From positions 1-46,707 of the forward strand of contig NW_021835872.1 in assembly GCF_006345805.1 (NCBI RefSeq): DNA of 46,707 nt. Reading direction: 5' to 3'. The position numbers were made by a program, and so were the translations under genes. The notes below the pieces were generated by a model that saw only the letters and a list, made by a program, of their open reading frames with translations, was not told the origin of the DNA and did not search any database. Below are positions 12,953 through 26,200 of the stretch, one piece after another. The first letter of the stretch is position 1. Each line of letters opens with the position of its first letter. Source of the stretch: Octopus sinensis. Its lineage: Eukaryota.

Positions 12953-13565
12953 CTATGTTTGACTTTTGCTTTATATTTGTACAAGTTGGCTCCAAGTCTC
13001 ACCCAGAGACCTCAAAAGACAACAGGTTGGAAGTTCATGTTGCTGTTATGCCTAGTGTGCCATATATATTTTTTGTTTGGTGTTGTACTAGTGAATGTCT
13101 AAAAAAAAAAACGAAAATTATGTTTGTTTTAAACCTTGAGATTACATAGAATTATTATTATTATTCTATGTTTGACTTTTTGTTGTTATGCCTAGTGTGC
13201 CATATATTTGTTTTTTTTTTGGTGTTGTACTAGTGAATGTCTAAAAAAAACAAAAAAAAAACGGAGATTATATTTGTTTTAAACCTTGAGATTACATAGA
13301 AAGTATTTTGCGTAGGATATGAGCAGTTCCCATGAGCACTATCTTTTGAATTTCTGCCATTTTTGGGTTTCCTGGTATCTGAGTTAGGTAACAACCAGAC
13401 CCTTTTGCTATCATTCTCAGGGCACCTATGACAACAGGTATTGTTTTAGTCTTCAGCTTCCACATTTTGCTGATTTCTATTTCAAGATCTTTATATTTGC
13501 TCAGTTTTTGGTAGGTCTTGACAGATACGTTTATATCGATTGGGACAGTCATATCAATGAGGAGG

Positions 13566-13567
<2 letters not shown>
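12953..13567 (-). mobile_element. Dong/R4-like LINE 3' fragment (RLE C-terminus plus duplicated 3'UTR)
   Basis: ORF 13292-13552 (TVPIDINVSVKTYQKLSKYKDLEIEI...GTAHILRKILSM) closely matches the 18668-19054 product; flanked by (ATT)n on the plus strand. Confidence 0.85.
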
Positions 13568-13623
<56 letters not shown>

Positions 13624-13667
13624 GTTATTATTATTATTATCATCATCATCATCATCATCATCATCAA

Positions 13668-13872
13668 GGCGGCGAGCTGACAGAATCGTTAGCACGCTGG
13701 ACGAAATGCTTAGCAGTAAGTCGCTACGTTCTGGATTCAAATTCCGCCGAGGTAGACTTTGCCTTTCATCCTTTCGGGGGTCGATTAAATAAGTACCAGT
13801 TACGCCCTGGGGTCGATATAATCGACTCATCCCCTCCTCCAAAATTGCTGTCCTTGTGGGAAAATTTGAAAC
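13668..13872 (+). mobile_element. SINE family A variant, single copy
   Basis: Family A head and body, small deletion, alternative tail CCCCTCCTCCAAAATTGC. Confidence 0.85.
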
Positions 13873-14004
13873 TATTATTATTATTATTATCTTTTCTTGC
13901 ATTGACTGAATAGAATTATCTCTCTTTGTCTGCTAAATCTCTTCCTAAGATATTTAAGTATTTAAACAATTTTAATTAACGTTAGGAACATTTATACAAC
14001 CATA

Positions 14005-14654
14005 TCAGTTTCCTAATTTAGGGTCATGTTCATTATCATGGTCAGAGGCCTGTAATGACGAACTGGATTCTTCAAAATCTGATATTTCTGGCCCAAATCA
14101 GCATGGTGCAACCTGTTGGACATCTTCATCATTGGTATCGTCAAAAGATGACTCTTCAAATGACAAATGAAGGTCGATATCCACAGGAGTGGCTGTGTGG
14201 TAAGTAGCTTGCTTACGAACCACATGGTTCCAGGTTCAGTCCCACTGCGTGGCACCTTGGGCAAGTGTCTTCTACTATAGCCTCGGGTCGAACAAAGCCT
14301 TTGGAGTGGATTCGGTAGATGGAAACAGAAAGAAGCCCGTCGTATATATGTATATATATATATGTGTGTGTGTGTGTGGTGTGTGTGTGTGTTTGTGTCT
14401 GTATGTTTGTCTGTGTTTGTCCCCCCAACATCGCTTGACAACCGATGCTGGTGTGTTTACGTCACCGTAACTTAGCGGTTCGGCAAAAGCGACCAATAGA
14501 ATAAGTACTAGGCTTACAAAGAATAAGTCCTGGGTTCGATTTGCTCGACTAAAGGCGGTGCTCCAGCATGACCACAGTCAAATGACTGAAACAAGTAAAG
14601 GAGTAAAGGGGTAAAGAAATTGACGAAATGCTCCCCATCGCTTGCGTTAGCCAT
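14005..14654 (-). pseudogene. Possible decayed acidic N-terminal coding segment split by a SINE
   Basis: Removing 14185-14615 joins MANASDGEHFVNF in frame to VDIDLHLSFEESSFDDTNDEDVQQVAPC*FGPEISDF...KLGN. CAAAATGG start context. Homology unverified. Confidence 0.25.
14185..14615 (+). mobile_element. SINE family B, full length, with internal (TA)n(TG)n
   Basis: A/B-box head, internal microsatellite, tail GGCGGTGCTCCAGCATGACCACAGTCAAATGACTGAAACAAGTAAA. Confidence 0.9.
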
Positions 14655-14716
14655 TTTGAAACTGATGTGTTGGGACGTCACGCACCAGTTTTGCTATTTA
14701 TAGTAAAACCGGAAGT
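14650..14716. promoter_or_regulatory. Cluster of YY1-, CRE- and ETS-like motifs
   Basis: GCCATTTTG (14650-14658), GACGTCA (14674-14680), ACCGGAAGT (14708-14716). Motif matches only. Confidence 0.3.
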
Positions 14717-15080
14717 TGTGTTGATTGTTTTTGGCGAAAGTGCGAGAATTGTTAACTTCAACGATGAATATCTTGCTTACCAATGCGCGTATAATCGGAT
14801 TTTTTTTAATTAATCGATTTTCTTCATTTCAAAGAACAAAATAACACCAACATATATTATTTCATGTACACATTTATGTGTGTGTGACTGATAAACTAAA
14901 TGTAATTAACGACAAAAATTCGCAGATTTATTCCGATTAAAATGCCAGCGTCTTTCAGAGCAAAATATTTGAAGGTTCTTCGCATGCTTTACTGCCTTTG
15001 ACTATTACTCCCTCCCACTCCGTTTGTTGTTTTACTCTTCTTTCCCCCAACAGGAAACATTGCGCTTTATCATATGTAAG

Positions 15081-15081
15081 A

Positions 15082-15152
<71 letters not shown>

Positions 15153-15155
15153 TTT

Positions 15156-15226
<71 letters not shown>

Positions 15227-15265
15227 ATCTACCCATCTATCTTTCTATCTACCTATCTATCTACT
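15081..15265. repeat. (TATC)n microsatellite
   Basis: Direct reading; a second block lies at 16021-16130. Confidence 0.95.
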
Positions 15266-15321
15266 ATCTTTGTTTCTTTCTTTCATTCTATCTGTCAATC
15301 TCACTCTCTCTATCTTTCTAC

Positions 15322-16020
15322 TTGTCTGTCTCTATCGTCAATATTGTCACGCCTCCTTCCTTCAAACGGGAAGGAAGAGCTATTTTCATCATCCTTGTGG
15401 CTATGGCGAAAGAATGTATCTGGTGGACGCGTCTGAAAGGATTGGAGACAAACACTTTCCTCTCTGGTCAACCTCTCATCAACTTCTTCAAGTACCACTT
15501 GAAAAGGAAAGTGAGAGTAGAGAGGCAAGTTTTGTCTAGCGAACGTTTTAAAAAAAGATGGGAGAATGTAGCAAGGATGGCACATATGAATGACGAAGCC
15601 ACCTTGAGCATAATCCTATGAACCCAGAAATTGAAAACAGAGGGTTACCCACTTGCAAACAAATGTGGTAACATATAACAATATTGACCAAGGTTACCGT
15701 GGTCTTTTTCGTAGGCTTTTTTCCCCACGGATAAACCTTACTTGCTTTCCCCTTTACACCATACATCATGACACTGTAATACACGATCCCTATAGATCGT
15801 TTTTTGTCCTCTTCCCCTTTTTCCCCCTTTTTTCTTCTTTTTTCATTTTTCTTTTCTTTTGTTCCTTTCCCTTTTTCTTTTTTTCGTTTCCTTTTTTTCC
15901 CCCTTTTACGATCCCTTTTGATCGAAAACCTACGCCACCTTTTTTTTCATCCCCCAAAAGAAAAGCTCTACCTTGTAACTTGTCCCATCTGTGTGCAGCC
16001 CTGTGTGGCCAATAAAGAAA
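15322..16020 (+). mobile_element. L1/Tx1-like LINE 3' fragment between (TATC)n tracts
   Basis: VNIVTPPSFKREGRAIFIILVAMAKECIWWTRLKGL...INFFKYHLKRKVRVERQVLSSERFKKRW to stop 15621. The 3'UTR ends GCCCTGTGTGGCCAATAAAGAAA. Confidence 0.7.
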
Positions 16021-16032
16021 CTTATCTATCTG

Positions 16033-16131
<99 letters not shown>

Positions 16132-16847
16132 GTATATCACCCCTACGCACATACACATATACACACGCATATATATGTATGTGTAATGTGTATGTATGTA
16201 TGTGGGTATATTATCACAAACATATGACTGTGTAATCATCGTCATGACTATATACGCATCACCATTGTTTAACTGCACGCATAACTATATATTCACCAAC
16301 GTATTAAACTGTCAGACTATTTAACTATCAATCTCTTTCCTTTTCTACTTTCTCTATTTCTATTAATTTACCAGCCTACTTATACAAACACATGCGTACA
16401 AGCAATATGTTGGTGTCCCGTTTATTTTCCACAGTAAATATGCCCCAGCTCAAAGAGAGATTGCACAAAAACCAAAAAATGTGAAAGAAGAAAAATTTGG
16501 AAAAATAATAAACAGCACAAAATCAGAAAAAACCGCGCTCGCTCACACACAACACACAAACACACACAAACACACACAAGCAAAACAAGAAAGAAAGACA
16601 CAAACAGTGAAGCAAAAGGAATTAATTTCGCTAAGAATTCTGTTTCCGTGACAACAATAAAACCATTGTATGTTGATGTAGCAGAAAATTCCCTTGAGCA
16701 AGGGAATAAAGAAGACACAATGTTCACAGTCAAAATATAGCGAACGACTCGTAGGAACGCTAATAGTGGGCACCATATTGAATTGAATTGAACAAGGAGA
16801 TTTGAGATTAAAACTTCGAAAGTAAATGAACGCAATTAAGAAATAGT

Positions 16848-17930
<1,083 letters not shown>

Positions 17931-17932
17931 TT

Positions 17933-18432
17933 ACCCTGGTGCAGTACCAGGCATGGCTGTCATGTCTTTAACTGATTGGAAGTGTTATGTACATCGTTTT
18001 GTCTTGGTGTAAAAGATGGGCTACAGCAAATATTCTGCTCAATACCACAGATTTGCTTGTCAGTTGTTTGATCTTAACCAGTTGAGCATGTCCCTCAGTG
18101 ACTGACGATATGTGCATCTCTGATCACAGGCAGAAGTAGTAGGGGAGCATCATAGCCACGTGTTGAGAGAAATTATTTGGGCTTTGAATAATTCACCTCT
18201 GGAATGAGTGTTTTGTTCATCATCTTTAAACAGCCCTTATTCAGGGACCTTTTGAGCATGATGGGCTACTCGACCCGAAGAAAATTCCAATGGAGTCCCA
18301 CCATGTGGCGCACATTTGATTGTGCTGCATGTGCCTGGTGTACCCTTATCAGACCGGTAATCATGATGGGTATATTGGACTTCGCATATTTGTACCCCAC
18401 TGTCACTTTGATGACACGCATTGCTCTCACTC
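17933..18432. mobile_element. Family D non-coding element in (AAT)n, with internal deletion
   Basis: Same termini as the 28293, 29088 and 29873 copies (CCCTG[A/G]TGCAGTACCAGG ... CTCACTC); ~50-bp deletion at a CACC microhomology. Confidence 0.8.
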
Positions 18433-18442
18433 AATATTACTG

Positions 18443-18495
<53 letters not shown>

Positions 18496-18600
18496 GATAA
18501 TAATAATAATAATAGTAATAATAATAGTACTAATAATAATAACAACAATAACAGCAATAATAATAATAATAATATAATAATAATAATATAATAATAATAA

Positions 18601-19239
18601 CCTGTATCTGCAAAAACCTGGATTTGCCCCATGAAAAAAAAACTGGTGGGAACACAAACCACCCCCAGTGCTTAAAAATGACCACATCTCACTCCTCTGG
18701 AATTTCCCCATTCCAACTGACAGAAATATAAATGCAAATAGGCCAGACATCATATTAAAAGACTTCAGACAAAGAACATGCCTCCTCGTTGATATAACTG
18801 TCCCAATCGATATAAACGTATCTGTCAAGGCCTACCAAAAACTGAGCAAATTTAAAGATCTTGAAATAGAAATCAACAAAATGTGGAACCTGAAGACTAA
18901 AACAATACCTGTTGTCATAGGTGCCCTGGGAATGAAAGCAAAAGGGGCTGATTGCTACCTAACTCAGATATCAGGAAAACCAAAAATGGCAGAAATTCAA
19001 AAGATATTGCTCATGGGAACTGCTCATATCCTACGCAAAATACTTTCTATGTAATCTCAAGGTTTAAAACAAACATAATTTTTTTAGACATCCACTAGTA
19101 CAACACCAAAAAAAAAAAACAACTAAATATATGGCACACTAGGCATAACAACAACGTGAACTTCCAACTTGTTGTCTTTTGAGGTCTCTGGGTGAGACTT
19201 GGAGCCAACTTGTACAAATATAAAGCAAAAGTCAAACAG
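18601..19239 (+). mobile_element. Dong/R4-like LINE, 5'-truncated (restriction-like endonuclease domain plus 3'UTR)
   Basis: LLWNFPIPTDRNINANRPDIILKD...LLVDITVP...K..K.KDL is a PD-(D/E)xK RLE signature. Flanked by (AAT)n on both sides, the known Dong target. Confidence 0.88.
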
Positions 19240-19258
19240 AATAATAATAATAATAATA

Positions 19259-19313
<55 letters not shown>

Positions 19314-19529
19314 AACAACATTAATAATTGTGTTGTGTCTGGGGAGAGTCATTCTCTTTTAGTGCCTTATTATTTTACACTCACCGGTAAAATTTCCACT
19401 TATTTCTTATTTTTATTTTCTAAAATTTTCGTTGCGTCTTGCAACCTTTTCAATAGTCTTGACTCTTCAACACACGAACTCATATAAAGAATCTTGCAAA
19501 CCAAATCCAAAAACGAAAAATAATAATAA

Positions 19530-19697
19530 TATTTTCTACTAAAAGCACAAGGTATGAAATTTTTGGAGAGGTGACTAGTCGATTACATCGAACCCAGTGT
19601 TACACTGACACTTAATTTATCGGCCCCGAAAGGAAAAATGGCAAAGTCGATCTCTGCGGAATTTGAACTCAGACCGTAAAGACAATCGCTAACCACT
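19530..19697 (-). mobile_element. Degenerate SINE family A variant
   Basis: GTCGATTACATCGAACCCAG...GGCAAAGTCGATCTCTGCGGAATTTGAACTCAG. Confidence 0.7.
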
Positions 19698-19699
19698 AA

Positions 19700-19860
19700 A
19701 CTTTTTCTATTTTCTCTCCATTTATTTCTGTGTTCCTTTCTGTCGAAGAGCGTAGGCCCGAAATGTAAAAGGCTTTCTCACTTCCCGAGCGTTAAACTTA
19801 TAAATCTGTTTGCTGTTTACACATCCGTCTTCGTCTTTTTTTAAAAATTCTCACTATATA
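19700..19860 (+). mobile_element. Family G repeat, copy 3
   Basis: CCTTT-CTGTCGAA-GAGC-GTAG-GCCC-GAAAT-GTA-AAAGG at 19735-19772. Confidence 0.6.
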
Positions 19861-20013
19861 TTTGTGTGCATGTGTATGTGTGTGTCTGAGCGTGTGCGTA
19901 TACACACACACACATACATACACACATATATATATATAAATATATATACATATATAGTACGTTTAAATATTTGTTGTGCAAGATTTTTTATGTGAAGTCG
20001 TGTGTTGAAACAG

Positions 20014-20314
20014 ATATTGTTATATTTCGGAATGGTCATATTGCCAGTTTAGCCAATAAAAACACACGCACTATATATTTGGTGTTATTTTGCTTCAGTG
20101 ATATTTATTTTTTACATTAATCTTAATCTTATTTCGGCCAAAGTTCTTTCGTCACACTCCTGTGACCGCATCAGTGGTCCTTTGTTTTCTTCTCACTTAC
20201 TTGTGTCTCTCCTTACTAACCGTCAGCCATTTTGTCAAAATAACACCAAATATATAGTGCGTGTGTTTTTATTGGCTAAACTGGCAATATGACCATTCCG
20301 AAATATAACAATAT
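20014..20314. mobile_element. MITE / foldback element with perfect 79-bp inverted repeats
   Basis: 20014-20092 is the exact reverse complement of 20236-20314, with a 143-bp non-coding interior. The terminal ATAT may be part of a TSD. Confidence 0.85.
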
Positions 20315-20418
20315 ATACATATAAATATATATAATATATAATATATATATATATATATTATATATATTATATATATATATATATAGATATATAATATATA
20401 CACACACACACACATAAT

Positions 20419-20485
20419 AGGCGGTGCTCCAGCATGGCCGCAGTCAAATGACTGAAACAAGTAAAAGAGTAAAAGAGTAAAAGAG
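20419..20485 (+). mobile_element. SINE family B 3' tail fragment
   Basis: GGCGGTGCTCCAGCATGGCCGCAGTCAAATGACTGAAACAAG(TAAAAGAG)3. Confidence 0.85.
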
Positions 20486-21232
20486 TATATATATATATAT
20501 ACTTATATATATATATATATATATAATATATATATATATATACACACACAAATAGAGATGCATATACATACGTATCTGTATCAATATATGTGTGTGTGTG
20601 TATGTGCACTTACATGCGTGCGTGAAAGTATGTTTATGTCAGCGTGTGCTTGCTCGCACGCGCGCGTGTGTAACGCAATTGCTACCTAATAAAATAACAC
20701 GACTCTCATTGAACACATTCTAGACAACAAACAGATAATACTCTAAAAACAGAATCAGAAACTAATAACAGATAAACAAACAAAACATATGCAGCATACA
20801 AACACAATTCTGCGTTCGTAAAACACACAACTCAAGAACATGGAGGTGCTTCTAGTTGTGTAGTAGAAACACTAATGAAAATTTTGAAACCACTAAAATA
20901 ATAATGATTACTTTACTGGCCACAAATGCAATGGATGAGCGGATATAAATGGAACAAATTACTAAAAAAACGGTGGATGATTTCACAATATCAATTACTT
21001 GAGAAAATCAGCAAGAGAAACTGTACAAACGGAAATGAAAAATTTATCTTGCGATACAAGTTAAAATGGCGAATTCGTAGTTTGAATTTAATGCATTAGA
21101 AGTAAAGTAAACGAAGCGTTCGAATCACTGGATTTTTAGCTCTATATGAACAGCTGTTTAATGTAAACGATTGTTGATCGTTATCTACGAAAAGTTCAGG
21201 ACTTGGCTATGCACAACCTTTCTTTCCTTGAG

Positions 21233-21295
<63 letters not shown>

Positions 21296-21297
<2 letters not shown>

Positions 21298-21640
21298 GAT
21301 CAGTAAATATAAAGATTTGCTAATAGAAATTGAAAAAATGTGACATCTCAAGGCGACTACAGTACCAGTGATTGTAGGATCTCTAGGAGTGATTAAAAAA
21401 AGTACTGAAACCTATTTGAAAATGATACCAGGCTTACCATCCCTACAGGAAGGGCAAAAAAATCGTGTTAACTGGAACGACGCATGTACTGAATTTATGT
21501 ATTTATTATTTTTTTTTAAATACATATTTTACCAGTGAATTTGCCTGTGTAATCTGGGAATGCATACAATGAGCTTCTCTGCCCTAGGTGAACGGAAAAC
21601 ACCCGGCGAGAAATGGAAGAAAATTTGAAGAAAGAAGGAA
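21296..21640 (+). mobile_element. Dong/R4-like LINE 3' fragment, second subfamily, copy a
   Basis: KYKDLLIEIEK..HLKATTVPVIVGSLG; flanked by (AAT)n. Confidence 0.75.
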
Positions 21641-21656
21641 AATAATAATAATAATA

Positions 21657-21706
<50 letters not shown>

Positions 21707-21756
21707 TAATAATAATAATAATAATAATAATATAATAATATAATAATAATAATAAT

Positions 21757-22140
21757 AAAGATTAGTAAATATAAAGACTTGCTAATAGAAATTGAAAAAA
21801 TGTGGCATCTCAAGGCGACTACAGTACCAGTGATTGTAGGATCTCTAGGAGTGATTAAAAAAAGTACTGAAACCTATTTGAAAATGATACCAGGCTTACC
21901 ATCCCTACAGGAAGTTCGAAAACTCGTATTAACTGGAACGGCTCATGTACTGGGAAGAGCATTATCGCCGTGAAAACAACATCCATTCATGAATTTATTT
22001 ATTTATTAATTTTTTTTAATACATATTTTACCTGAGAATTTGCGTGTGTAATTTGGGAATGCATACAATGAGCTTCTCTGCCCTAGGTGAACGGAAAACA
22101 CTCGGCGAGAAATGGAAGAAAATTTGAAGAAAGAAGGAAA
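21757..22140 (+). mobile_element. Dong/R4-like LINE 3' fragment, second subfamily, copy b
   Basis: ORF 21779-21973 IEIEKMWHLKATTVPVIVGSLG...GTAHVLGRALSP; same 5' truncation point as copy a. Confidence 0.8.
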
Positions 22141-22142
22141 AT

Positions 22143-22175
<33 letters not shown>

Positions 22176-22262
22176 ATTGATAAATAATAAATGAAAAAAA
22201 CTCCACTAGAAATGTTGTTAATGAACTCGAGTAAAACACGTTTTTATATACTATGCGTATAT

Positions 22263-22493
22263 CTATTTCTTTACTACCCACAAGGGGCTAAACATAGAGG
22301 GGACAAACAAGGACAGACAAACGGATTAAGTCGATTGTATCGACCCCAGTGCGTAATTGGTTCTTAATTTATCGACCCCGAAAGGATGAAAGGCAAAGTC
22401 GACCTCGGCGGAATTTGAACTCAGAACGTAGCGGCAGACGAAATATCGCTAAACATTTCGCCCGGCGTGCTAACGTTTCTACCAGCTCGCCGC
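22263..22493 (-). mobile_element. SINE family A, single copy
   Basis: Complete head, body and tail on the minus strand. Confidence 0.9.
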
Positions 22494-22759
22494 ATATCAG
22501 TTAGTATATCACAGAAAACATAAATAATCTTGGAGAAAAGTATAATTCACTTAATAAAGTAAATTTGCTGCCGATAGAATAATTAATGCTTAAGGAGACA
22601 CAGTTGGGGAGACAGTTAAGAAAAAAGAAAAAAAGTACAGACATACGAAACGTAAAACAAAAAACAAAAAAAGGGAATTGTATTTACGTATGTATTTACG
22701 TATGTATGTGTGGATATGTGTGCGATTATATATATATGTACACATACACACACATCGCT

Positions 22760-22945
22760 GGCGATTTTTTTCCCTCTGTCTTCCCTTCTCGGGATCTTTC
22801 CTTCTCCTATGTTTCCGACGAAGAGCTCCGCTCGAAACGTTAAACCCTCCTTCTTCCCTTCTTTCCTGAGCGTCAAATAATACTTTATTTGTTCTACGTC
22901 CTCGCGTTGTTGTGTTTTTTTTTTGTGTTTTCTTGTTTGGATTAA
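22760..22945 (+). mobile_element. Family G-related repeat, copy 4 (distinct subfamily)
   Basis: GTTT-CCGACGAA-GAGC-TCC-GCTC-GAAAC-GTT-AAAC at 22811-22845, followed by CCTGAGCG as in the other copies. Confidence 0.55.
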
Positions 22946-22955
22946 CTTTATATAC

Positions 22956-22986
<31 letters not shown>

Positions 22987-23075
22987 GGTATGTAAAAGAA
23001 CGCATATTGTTACAGACGAGAAAGAAAATGAACCACAATAGTAATGCTTCACACAAAAAGAGGAGCTTGACTTAC

Positions 23076-23109
23076 TAGTAGTAGTAGTAGTGGTAGTGGT
23101 GGTGGTGGT

Positions 23110-23163
<54 letters not shown>

Positions 23164-23224
23164 AAGTAGTAGTAGTAGTAGTAGAAGTAGTAGTAATAGT
23201 GGTAGTAGTAGTAGTAGTAGTGGT

Positions 23225-23294
<70 letters not shown>

Positions 23295-23965
23295 ATGGTG
23301 GTGCAATTGGCAAGTAAATTAAAATAAGAACACAGTAACAGAGTGAGAGAGAGAGAGAGAGAGAACGACAGACAGAAAGACGAAAGAATTTAAGGTAAAA
23401 ACGAAAGATAAATAGATAAATGAATGAATGAATGAATGAGAAAAAAATAATATATTGAAGAAGGGCCAGATCAGAATGAATGAAGGAGTGAGGAAGAATC
23501 CTGAAGAAACCAGAGAAGAGAGAATTAAGCGCAAAGGGAAGAGTAAGGAGCGAGGCAGAAGGGAGGAGAAACAGGAAGTAAGCCATGATAACGACGCCGC
23601 CGCTGACGGCGACGACGATGATGACGATGATGATGATGACGATGACGATGATGATGGCGATGATGATGACGATGATGATGATGATGATGATGATGACGAT
23701 GACGATGATGATGGCGATGATGATGACGATGATGATGATGATGATGATGGTAATGATGACGACGACGATGATGAGGACGACGATGATGATGACGACGACG
23801 ATGATGATGATGATGACGACGACGATGATGATGACGACGACGATGATGATGACGACGACAACGATGATGATGATGATGATGATGACGACGACGATGATGA
23901 TGACGACGACAACGATGATGATGATGATGATGATGATGATGACGACGATGATGGCGATGATGATA
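23076..23965. repeat. (TAG)n/(CAG)n tract (23076-23295) and (GAT/GAC)n tract (23586-23965)
   Basis: Direct reading. Confidence 0.9.
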
Positions 23966-24289
23966 TCGCGAACGACGAAAAACGACGGGCAGCGGAAGGA
24001 GAATAAGAACGAACGCGGAAAGAGAGGGAGGGAGGGAAGGAGGGAGCGGGGTACAAAATGGATTGTATTACTGGTACTTCGGTGATATTGGCGGTGGTAG
24101 TAGTGCTGGTGGTGCTGGTGGTGATGGTGGTGATGGCGGTGATGGTGGGGAAGGTTAAAGAATTTAACATTTGACAGAAATAGAATAAATTAGGAGAAAC
24201 GGAAGAGAGCAACGGTGATTAATTAATTGATCAGCCAATCAATAAAAGAAGACAAGTGGAGAGTTTTACCTTTTGTAGGGAGTGTAGGG

Positions 24290-25500
24290 AGGTAGGTGGG
24301 AAGGAAGTGGGGTACGCAGACAATTATATGGGTAGGTAGATAGGTAGGTGGATAGATGTCTAGGAAGGTGGGTCGGTAGAGATAGGTGGGAGGGTTGGTA
24401 GATAGATTGATGGGTTGGTAGATAGGTAGGTGCTTGGTAGAGATAGGTGGGTGGGTTGGTGGATAAGATAGGTGGGTTGGTGGATAGGTAGGTGTGTTAG
24501 TGGATTGGTAGGTCGGTTGGTGCGTAGGGAGGTGGGTTGGTAGATAAGTGGATTGGTAGATATGTGGTGGGTTGGTGGATTGGTGGGTGGATTGATGGAT
24601 AGGTAGGGGGTTGGTAGATAGGTAGGTGAGTAGGTAGATAGGTGGGTGGGTTGGTAGATAGGTAGGTGCTTGGTAGTGATAGGTGGGTGGGTTGGTAGAT
24701 AGGTAGGGGGTTGGTAGATAGGTAGATAAGTAGGTAGATAGGTGGGTGGGTTGGTAGATAGGTAGGTGCATTGGTGGATAGGAAAGTAGGTTGGTAGATA
24801 GGTAGGTTGGTTGGCAGATAGGGAGGTGGGTTGGTAGTTAGTTAGGTGAGTAGGTAGATAGGTAGGTGGCTTGGCAGAGATATGTGGGTAAGTTGGTAGA
24901 TAGGTAGGTGGGTTGGTGGATAGGTGGGTGGGTTGGTAGATAGGTAGGTGGGTTAGTGGATTGGTGGGTGGTTTGGTGGATAGGTAGGTCGGTTGGTGGT
25001 TAGGGAGGTGGCTTGGTGGATAGGTAGGTGGCTTGGTAGAGATAGATGGGTAAGTTGGTAGATATATAGGTCGGTTGGTGGATAGATCAGTTGCTTGGTG
25101 GAGAGGTAGGTGGGTTGGCGGATAGGTAGGTGAGTTAGTAGATAGATAAGTGGGTTGGTGGATGGGTAGGTTGGTTGGTAGATATGTAGGTAGCTTGGAA
25201 GAGAGGCAATAGGGTTGGTAGATAGGTGGGTAGGTTGGTTAATTGGTAGGTGGGTTGGTAGATAGGTAGGCGGGTTGGTGGATAGGTAGGTGGGTTGGTG
25301 GATAGGGAGGTAGGTTGGTACATAGGTAGGTCGGTTAGTAGATAACTAGGTGAGTTGGTAGATAGCTAAGTGGGTTGGTAAATATGTAGGTGGGTTGATG
25401 GATAGATCGGTGGGTTGGTGGATAGGTGTGTGGGTTGGTGTATAGGTAGGTGGGTTGGTAGCTTGGAGGTGGATTGGTAGATAGATATGTAGGTTGCAAG
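24290..25500. repeat. Degenerate ~20-bp G-rich minisatellite (GTAGATAGGTAGGTGGGTTG-like)
   Basis: Recurring 20-nt period over about 1.2 kb with strong G-over-C strand skew. Confidence 0.8.
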
Positions 25501-25769
25501 ATAGGTTATGTGGACAGGTTACAACGAAAGAGGGCAGGTAAATAGTTACGCGGGCAGGTAGATAGAAGGTTGGCCTATCATTGCATTGGTAAATCGTTTG
25601 GTGGACGGGTTGATAGGTATGTGGATAAGCTGGTGCGCAGGTAAGTAGGCGGTCAATATGTGGGTAGGTAGGTAAAAATGTTAGTGGGTTGATATACAGT
25701 TAAACGGGTGGGTAAATAGGTAAGTGGGCCGGTATGTAGGTAACTGGGCAGGAGAAATTAGAGAGGTGG

Positions 25770-25809
<40 letters not shown>

Positions 25810-25929
25810 GTATAGGCGGGCAGGAAGATAGATAGATGAGCAGGTAGACAGAGGAGTGGGTAGGTACGTAGGTCTAAGTGTAGAGACAGAGGTAAGTTTA
25901 TGCCGACAGGCCAAAAGAAGAGCTGGCGG

Positions 25930-26200
25930 GTATGTGGGTAGTTAAATAGGTAGATGAAAAGGTAGAGAAGTATGTAGGTAGACAGGTAGACAGGTAGGTA
26001 GATGGGCAGGAAGATAGGATGGTGAATGGGTAGATAGATAGATGGGCAGGCAGGTAGGTTCATGGATAGGTGGGTAGTTAAATAGGTAGATGAGAGGGTA
26101 GGGAAGTATGTTGGTAGACAAGTAGGTAGGTGGGCAGGTATATAGGATGGTGAATGGGTAGATAGATAGATGGGCAGGTAGGTAAGTTCATGGATAGATA
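25930..26200. repeat. Two-copy ~135-bp tandem duplication
   Basis: GTGGGTAGTTAAATAGGTAGATGA...GTTCATGGATAG occurs twice. Confidence 0.75.

Noticed and set aside
14998-15621. 207-aa ORF as a host gene
   Set aside because: It is a chimera of (TATC)n read-through and a LINE ORF2 C-terminal fragment.
23455-24006. 183-aa ORF with a basic N-terminus and poly-Asp, reminiscent of acidic biomineralisation proteins
   Set aside because: About two thirds is a (GAT/GAC)n microsatellite, there is no signal peptide, and other frames are also open over the tract.
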